Positions 16,380 to 22,096 of a DNA stretch of 22,096 bases are shown here, in pieces. The DNA comes from Candidatus Bipolaricaulia bacterium (GTDB lineage: Bacteria > Bipolaricaulota > Bipolaricaulia > JBHIAT01). The notes under the pieces were generated by a model, which was not told the origin of the DNA, searched no databases, and was given only the letters and a program-made list of their open reading frames with translations. Position numbers and translations under genes: made by a program. The stretch spans positions 1-22,096 of the forward strand of contig JBHIAT010000046.1 of the NCBI GenBank assembly GCA_046758705.1, read 5' to 3'. Numbering within the stretch: the stretch's first letter is position 1; each line of letters begins with the position of its first letter.

Positions 16380-19300
16380 GACGAGCCCTCCAGAGACTTT
16401 GAGCTCGAGCTGTGGAGCTTGTCTTCATACATCCGCTGATCTGCCTGCTTCAGGACCTCCTCCAGTTTGACCTCGCCACCGGGTGAATAGGTGGCGGTTC
16501 CGATCCCCAACGTGATCGGAAAGCCGAGGTCGGGTAGCCGCTCCCGGTTATTCCACCGCTCCAGTCGTTGCTTGAGACGGACAACGGAGCGTTTCGCCTC
16601 CGTCACAGACGTCTCGAGCATCACCACCAGAAACTCGTCGCCGCCGAACCGGATCACGATGTCGGAGTCACGGGTGTGTATCTCCAAGAAGTCAGCCACC
16701 TGGGCTAACACCTCATCCCCCTTCAGATGACCGTGCCGATCGTTGATCTCCTTGAGCTGGTTGACATCGATCATCAGGAATGAGATGTCGTGACTGTACC
16801 GTTTGGCCCGCTCCTCCTCCACCGCGATCGTCTCGTTGAAGTAACGGCGATTGAACAGCCCGGTCAACGGATCCCGGATCGCCGCCTCCCGCAGCTCCTC
16901 CTGACGGTTGAGGTTGCTGATCGAGATCGCCATCTGGCCGGCGACCGACTGGAGCAGTTCGAGGTCTTCGTCACCGAACGCATCGATCTCCCGGCTCTCG
17001 ATGTCGATGACCCCGAGGATCTCCTCTCCCATCTGGATGGGGACGGCCAGCTGGGATCTGATCCCGGGATGATCCTGGAGATGTCTGAGATCCCCGGTCA
17101 CATCGTCGATCAGCGCGGACTCCCGATGCTCAGCCACCCAACCGATCGTCCCCTCCCCCAGCTTCAACACTTTGAACATGGGCTCCATGTATTCGACATC
17201 CTCGTGCCCTTTTAGGATCAGTTGGGCCCCCTGCTTGAGATAGATCGCACCGTGATCGTAGTCGACATTCTCCTTCAGTCGCTTCAGCATCCGGTTCACC
17301 AGGCTGTCCAGATCCTCGATCTGGGCCAACTCCTGACTGATGTGGTAGATCCTCTTGAGCCGCTCCTTTTGCTCGTTGAGCTTCTCCTCGCGCTTGGCTC
17401 GTTCCACCGTCAACGCCGCTAGGCTCGCCAGCATCTCCATGATCCTCAACCGCTCCCGCGTCGGCATCATCCTGTCATCGGGCTCGTCTACGGAGATCGT
17501 CCCGACGATCCCTTCCTCGACATGCATCGGGATGAACAGGAAATCGTCAGGATGCCATCCCCCTGCCTCTCTAGCTTCATCCCCGCCCGCCCCGTAGGGC
17601 ACCTCCCACGGAACCTGATCATGAGGGATGTAGTAAGAACGACCGAGCTTGAACGCCGGGTTGAAGATCAGCTTGCGCGTCTCCGGGGGCATCCGACGTC
17701 GACGCAGTTCCGCCTCCTCCGTCTCACTCAACCCCGCGGTGGCGATCATGCTCGTCCTGATCCTTTCCCCAGCGGAGGTAAAATCGAACGGCCGTTCGTA
17801 GAGCGAGATGACCACGCGCTGGAACGGGCTGTGCTCGGCAACCGCCTCGGCCACCCAGTTCAGGATCTCCTCGACTTTGTGGCTGGAGATAATCTCCTCG
17901 ACGATCAAAAGCAGACTGTCACTCAGTGCCCTCTCCCGATCCTCACGCCTCGCCTGCTCCAGCTCCTGCCTCTCCCCCAACACCCTGAGGAAGGTCTCGA
18001 CCACCCGGTTATCAAATTGGGTCCCGGCGTTCTTGGACAGTTCCTCGATCGCCTCCTTCTGCGACAGAGCCCGGCGGTACGGCCGATCGCTCGTCATCAC
18101 ATCATAGGCGTCGACGACAGCCAGGATCCGTGCCTCTAAAGAGATCTCCTCCCCAGCCAGGCCCCAGGGGTAGCCGGTGCCGTCCCAGCGCTCCTGATGC
18201 TCCTCAACGATCCGGCCCACTTGCTCCAAGCGGCGGATCCCGGAGATGATCTCTCCCCCGATACTCGGATGTTTTTTCATCTCCAGCCACTCCTTGGGGG
18301 TGAGCCCCCCCTCCTTGCCAAGCATGTGGTCCGGGACACCGATCTTGCCAATGTCGTGAAGCAGCGCGGCATAGCGCAGCTGCTCGATTTGCTCCTCGGA
18401 CAGGCCGAACGCCACACCCACCTTGGTAGTCATCTCCGCCATCCGGTGACCGTGGTCCTCGGTGTGCTTGTCCTTCTTCTCGATCGTTTTGGCGAGCGTC
18501 GTCACCGTCTGGATAACCCAGTCCTCCATCTCCATCCGGCGGCGGATGTTGGTGATCTCCACCCCGATCTGACCCGCCATCGACAGCAACAACTCCTGAT
18601 TCTCTGAGTCGAACGCGCCGGCCTTCTGACTCTCGATGCTCAGCACCCCGACAATCTCCCCGTCGATCTCAATCGGCACCGCCAACACCGAGTGGATTCC
18701 CTGACACAGCTCCAAATAGCGCGGATCGCGGGCCACGTCGTTCACCAGGGCGGATTCCCCGTGTCGGACGACCCATCCCGGAATCCCCTTTTCCAACTCT
18801 AGGGAATCATTCACGTCATATATGACCTGGTCCTCCGGCCCCTCTGCCCCCTTGACGACCAGCAGCTGGTCTTCCTCCACCAAGAAGATCGCGCTGTAAT
18901 CATAGGAGAAGCTCTCTCTCAACCATTGGAGCACCGGACCCATCAGGGTCTCCATATCCAGGATCTTCGCCATATTCTGGCCGATGAGATAGGTGCGACT
19001 GAGCCTCTTGCGCTGTTCGGCGAACTTCTGGGCCATCTGAGCGCGACGCATAGCCCCGCTGATCTGTTGGATGGCGTTTTTGGCGACCTCCAGGTCCTCG
19101 TTGCTAAACGCTCCATGCTCGGTCTTGCTGTCGATGTTCAGGTATCCGAGGATCTGTCCATCGATCTCGATGGGCAATGACAGGGTCGATTTTGGCCGGC
19201 CGACTTCCTCAAGGATCGCCCGATTCCGTTCGTCGAGGGCGTGGGAGCTGAACTGGTTGAAATCGTCGATGATGACTGGTGCGCCCCCGTATTCGCCCTC

Positions 19301-20206
19301 CTGATAGGCGGCGTCGCGGGGAATCCTCACCTGCTGGAGCTTCTGAAGATCCCACCCCTTGGCAGCCTTAACCGTGAACACCTGCTCCTCGGCATCCCAC
19401 AGGATAACCGAGCCGGCTTCGGCCTTTGGGATCAGGCCGACCGCCTCCTCGAGAACCGCGTTCAACACCCACTGGATATCGATATCGGTGTCGATCGCGG
19501 TGATGAAGTTGCGCAGGTAATCGAGCTCTCGCTCCAACCGCTCTAGATACTCGCGCTCGTCGCGCCTGCGCCTGCCCTGTCCCTGAGTCTGGGGCTTGCC
19601 AATGCGTAACAGCCCCTGAATCACCGTCCGCTGAACCTTGGAGACCTTCTCGACGGCTCTCGCGATCCGGACCCTGTCCTCAATGGGAAGTTTGAGCGTC
19701 TCGAGTTGCTTACTCTGGATCTTGTCGGCATCGATCTCCCCCGGCCCCCCGGCTTTGAGGATCTCCACAACCCCCGCTTGCTTGATGTTGAGCTCATTGG
19801 AGAGCTCGGCGACCGACGGGAATCGGCCATACTCCTCGAAGAAGGTGCCGATGACGATCCTTACCTTCCCACTGAGCATCTGTATCCACTCGGAGAATTT
19901 ATCGGACGGTTTTCCCTCAAGATAACGCCGGATCTCTTCTCGGATTAGGCGGGTTGCATGGTCGTCGAATCCGACGCCCTGAGCCGGGTTAAAACTGTAG
20001 ATGGCGTTCAATAGACCGATATAACCGGCCTGGATCAGGTCATCCGACGGCCGGCTCGAGCCGGCAAGCTCCGTGGCAGCTGTCTGTACCAAGCTGAGTT
20101 TCGCCTCGACGATCCGCCGTTCGGCGCCGGGGTTTCCTTCTCCCTGGAGCGATTGGAACAGTTGCTCCAGATCCCTCACATGGTTTTGTTCCCTTCCTTG
20201 GGTCAT
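16376..20206 (-). CDS. Sigma-70-like domain (regions 2-3, truncated 4) fused to GAF-GAF-HD-GYP-GAF-GAF-GGDEF
   Basis: DDLIQAGYIGLLNAIYSF and YGRFPSVAELSNEL; four GAF-like repeats (LSLPI..GYLNID, LAVPI..GVLSIE, LFIPM..GTISVD, LAVPI..GVIDIE); LLHDIGK, HQERWDGTGYP, DAYDVMTSDRPYR; DPLTGLFNRR, RDSD-IVIRF-GGDEF. Confidence 0.92.
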   Translation of the reverse strand: MTQGREQNHVRDLEQLFQSLQGEGNPGAERRIVEAKLSLVQTAATELAGSSRPSDDLIQAGYIGLLNAIYSFNPAQGVGFDDHATRLIREEIRRYLEGKPSDKFSEWIQMLSGKVRIVIGTFFEEYGRFPSVAELSNELNIKQAGVVEILKAGGPGEIDADKIQSKQLETLKLPIEDRVRIARAVEKVSKVQRTVIQGLLRIGKPQTQGQGRRRRDEREYLERLERELDYLRNFITAIDTDIDIQWVLNAVLEEAVGLIPKAEAGSVILWDAEEQVFTVKAAKGWDLQKLQQVRIPRDAAYQEGEYGGAPVIIDDFNQFSSHALDERNRAILEEVGRPKSTLSLPIEIDGQILGYLNIDSKTEHGAFSNEDLEVAKNAIQQISGAMRRAQMAQKFAEQRKRLSRTYLIGQNMAKILDMETLMGPVLQWLRESFSYDYSAIFLVEEDQLLVVKGAEGPEDQVIYDVNDSLELEKGIPGWVVRHGESALVNDVARDPRYLELCQGIHSVLAVPIEIDGEIVGVLSIESQKAGAFDSENQELLLSMAGQIGVEITNIRRRMEMEDWVIQTVTTLAKTIEKKDKHTEDHGHRMAEMTTKVGVAFGLSEEQIEQLRYAALLHDIGKIGVPDHMLGKEGGLTPKEWLEMKKHPSIGGEIISGIRRLEQVGRIVEEHQERWDGTGYPWGLAGEEISLEARILAVVDAYDVMTSDRPYRRALSQKEAIEELSKNAGTQFDNRVVETFLRVLGERQELEQARREDRERALSDSLLLIVEEIISSHKVEEILNWVAEAVAEHSPFQRVVISLYERPFDFTSAGERIRTSMIATAGLSETEEAELRRRRMPPETRKLIFNPAFKLGRSYYIPHDQVPWEVPYGAGGDEAREAGGWHPDDFLFIPMHVEEGIVGTISVDEPDDRMMPTRERLRIMEMLASLAALTVERAKREEKLNEQKERLKRIYHISQELAQIEDLDSLVNRMLKRLKENVDYDHGAIYLKQGAQLILKGHEDVEYMEPMFKVLKLGEGTIGWVAEHRESALIDDVTGDLRHLQDHPGIRSQLAVPIQMGEEILGVIDIESREIDAFGDEDLELLQSVAGQMAISISNLNRQEELREAAIRDPLTGLFNRRYFNETIAVEEERAKRYSHDISFLMIDVNQLKEINDRHGHLKGDEVLAQVADFLEIHTRDSDIVIRFGGDEFLVVMLETSVTEAKRSVVRLKQRLERWNNRERLPDLGFPITLGIGTATYSPGGEVKLEEVLKQADQRMYEDKLHSSSSKSLEGSS

Positions 20207-20344
20207 GAACCTCTCATATTCATCGCTTTTCCGTCATGAACCCCCCAAAAATACCCCCGCGGTTTGGTAGTTGGTTAGGAGATATCAGGGTTGTCCACGG
20301 CCCCTGATATAATTATGCACCGTGGGGTGAATTTCTAGAATAAA

Positions 20345-21265
20345 TCAATAAGTCAGATGATCATATCCGCCTCCACCCTGGCTATCGGTCAGCCGGGCGA
20401 TCTCAGCTTCGTCCTGGTTCCACCGCTCTCGCACCCGCACCTGAAGATCGAGGTAGACGTGTATCCCGAGCCGTGCCTCAATCTCCTGGCGTGCCTGCCG
20501 ACCGATCTCCCGGATCATCCGACCACCCCGACCGATGAGGATCCCCTTCTGGGAGCGGCGGGCCACGTAGATGTGCGCATAGATCTCCATCAGCTCCCGG
20601 TCCTCCCGCTCCTTCATCTCGACGACCTCGACGGCGACTGCATAGGGGATCTCCTGGTGGGTGAGCTGAAAGATCTTCTCGCGGATGAATTCAGCGATCA
20701 CGAACGACTCCGGTCGGTCGATGGTGATCTCAGCGGGAAAGTACTGGGGCCCCCCCGGCAGATATTTTTTGATCAACTCCAGGGTCAGACCCAGGTTGAT
20801 GTTCTCCACACACGAGATCGGGACGGACTCCCGAAACAGGCCTGTCTCCTGATAAGCGGCGATCGTCTCCTCCACCTCGTTCCCCTGCGCCAGGTCGATC
20901 TTGTTGACGGCCAACAGGATCAGCCCTTCGAAGTCCGAGAGCCTGGAGAACAGTTTCCAATCGTATGGCTGGATCTCCCCCCACGGCTCCACCATATGGA
21001 GGATGAGGTCGAGGCCGGCGAGTGCCTTGAACACCTGATTGAGCAGGTATCGGCTCAGTTTATCCACCGGTCTATGGAGGCCGGGGGTGTCGGTGAAGAT
21101 GATCTGGGCATCCTCCAGATTCTTGATACACCGGATACGGTTCCGGGTTGTCTGATGCTTCTCCGAGGTGATCAGGACTTTGCGACCCAGGATCCGGTTG
21201 ATGAACGTCGACTTGCCGACGTTGGTCATCCCTAAGACGCCGACGAAGCCCGACTTAAATCCCAT
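20345..21265 (-). CDS. era: GTPase Era
   Basis: GMTNVGKS, QTTR, DTPG, NKID, IREK...EIPY, KH domain ILIGRGG; SD GGAGG. Confidence 0.97.
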   Translation of the reverse strand: MGFKSGFVGVLGMTNVGKSTFINRILGRKVLITSEKHQTTRNRIRCIKNLEDAQIIFTDTPGLHRPVDKLSRYLLNQVFKALAGLDLILHMVEPWGEIQPYDWKLFSRLSDFEGLILLAVNKIDLAQGNEVEETIAAYQETGLFRESVPISCVENINLGLTLELIKKYLPGGPQYFPAEITIDRPESFVIAEFIREKIFQLTHQEIPYAVAVEVVEMKEREDRELMEIYAHIYVARRSQKGILIGRGGRMIREIGRQARQEIEARLGIHVYLDLQVRVRERWNQDEAEIARLTDSQGGGGYDHLTY

Positions 21266-21295
21266 CCTGGTTGCCTCCCATATTGTGCTTCCTCA

Positions 21296-21324
21296 ATTGT
21301 ACTAACCGGACACTCTACGGGCAA
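21296..21324 (-). promoter_or_regulatory. Putative era promoter
   Basis: TTGCCC, 17 nt, TACAAT. Confidence 0.55.
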
Positions 21325-21350
21325 CCAGGCGAAGCCCGTCGCGTTCTCGT

Positions 21351-21380
21351 TTGACTTCGGGAGCGGTTACGAAGTAGACT
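21351..21380 (+). promoter_or_regulatory. Putative pilB/gspE promoter
   Basis: TTGACT, 18 nt, TAGACT. Confidence 0.55.
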
Positions 21381-21435
21381 AAAGCAAGGTTTAATCAAAT
21401 CCCACGGCGGTCAGATCGCAACCGGGTGACCCCAG

Positions 21436-22096
21436 ATGAAAGATCAACTGAAGACCAACTTCCTCAAATACCTGATGAGACAAGATCTGCTCACTGAGGA
21501 ACAGAAGACCAGGGTAGAAAAGATGTTTCAGGAGGATGAAGCCGATCTGGATCGGATCATAATCAGGAACAACATTTTGAAGAAGGATGACTATTACCAG
21601 ATCCTGGCTGGATACCTGTCCGAAGAGATGAGCCGGGATATCATGTTCTACCCCCTGTCTCCTGAGCGTCTCGACGAAGAGATCGTTCGACTCATCCCGG
21701 AATCGATGGCTCGAAGACACGTTATCATCCCGGTGGGCAAAGAGAATGGGAGATTGAAGCTGGCGATGGCGGATCCTTCAGACCTGTTTGCCACCGACGA
21801 CGTTGCCTTTAGGACAGGGTATGAGATCGAGCCGGTGTTGGGAGCCCGGGACGATATCCTCAGCAGCCTGGCTTACGTCTTCGGCGGGATGGACGAATCC
21901 TGGGACGAGGTCATCGGGGATCTGAAGGGAGATCTGCTCCAGGATATCGAGGAGATTGAGGACCAGGATGTCGACCTGGCCGAGGCGTCGAAGCTGGCGC
22001 AGGAGGCACCGGTGTTGCGGTTGGTCAACAACATTATCCTCCAGGCGCTCAAACGCAAGGCCAGCGACATCCACATCGAGCCACTCGATCGCCAGA
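21436..22096 (+). CDS. GspE/PulE/PilB family assembly ATPase, N-terminal part (truncated by the window)
   Basis: Not in the ORF track. My translation: MKDQLKTNFLKYL...LIPESMARRHVIIPV...LKLAMADPSD...EAPVLRLVNNIILQALKRKASDIHIEP. Confidence 0.93.
   Translation, partial: MKDQLKTNFLKYLMRQDLLTEEQKTRVEKMFQEDEADLDRIIIRNNILKKDDYYQILAGYLSEEMSRDIMFYPLSPERLDEEIVRLIPESMARRHVIIPVGKENGRLKLAMADPSDLFATDDVAFRTGYEIEPVLGARDDILSSLAYVFGGMDESWDEVIGDLKGDLLQDIEEIEDQDVDLAEASKLAQEAPVLRLVNNIILQALKRKASDIHIEPLDRQ

Noticed and set aside
21316-21345. GGGCAACCAGGCGAAGCCCGTCGC upstream of pilB, loosely like the c-di-GMP-I riboswitch P2 arm
   Set aside because: No GAAA tetraloop, GCAAAG junction or P3 stem, and it lies upstream of the putative pilB promoter.

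Overview
GC-rich bacterial window, mostly housekeeping genes in scrambled order. Left to right: a truncated 2TM/Zn-ribbon gene (-); a DUF1998 DEAH helicase (MrfA/YprA/Hrq1 type); an AT-richer accessory block at 2704-5906, all on - (frameshifted 2TM gene, His-less trypsin-like protease, DUF433/DUF5615 toxin-antitoxin pair, GNAT, DUF2259-like secreted protein); tsaB-etfB-etfA-rpmB (+), converging on a - strand run LCP, rsfS, phasin-like, AarF/UbiB kinase, fixC, fixX, ybhB; ctpA (+); a 1276-aa signalling protein (-); era (-); and a truncated PilB/GspE ATPase (+). Three things stand out. (1) The 1276-aa protein fuses a truncated SigB/SigF-like sigma domain to four GAF domains, an HD-GYP domain and a GGDEF domain. 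(2) A translationally coupled 2TM + trypsin-like protease pair has an apparent lesion in each gene. (3) A miniature IS200/IS605 (tnpB) remnant, absent from the ORF track, places a near-consensus promoter and an SD-like sequence in front of rsfS. No tRNA, rRNA or CRISPR array was recognised. All family calls come from motif recognition by eye; no searches were run.
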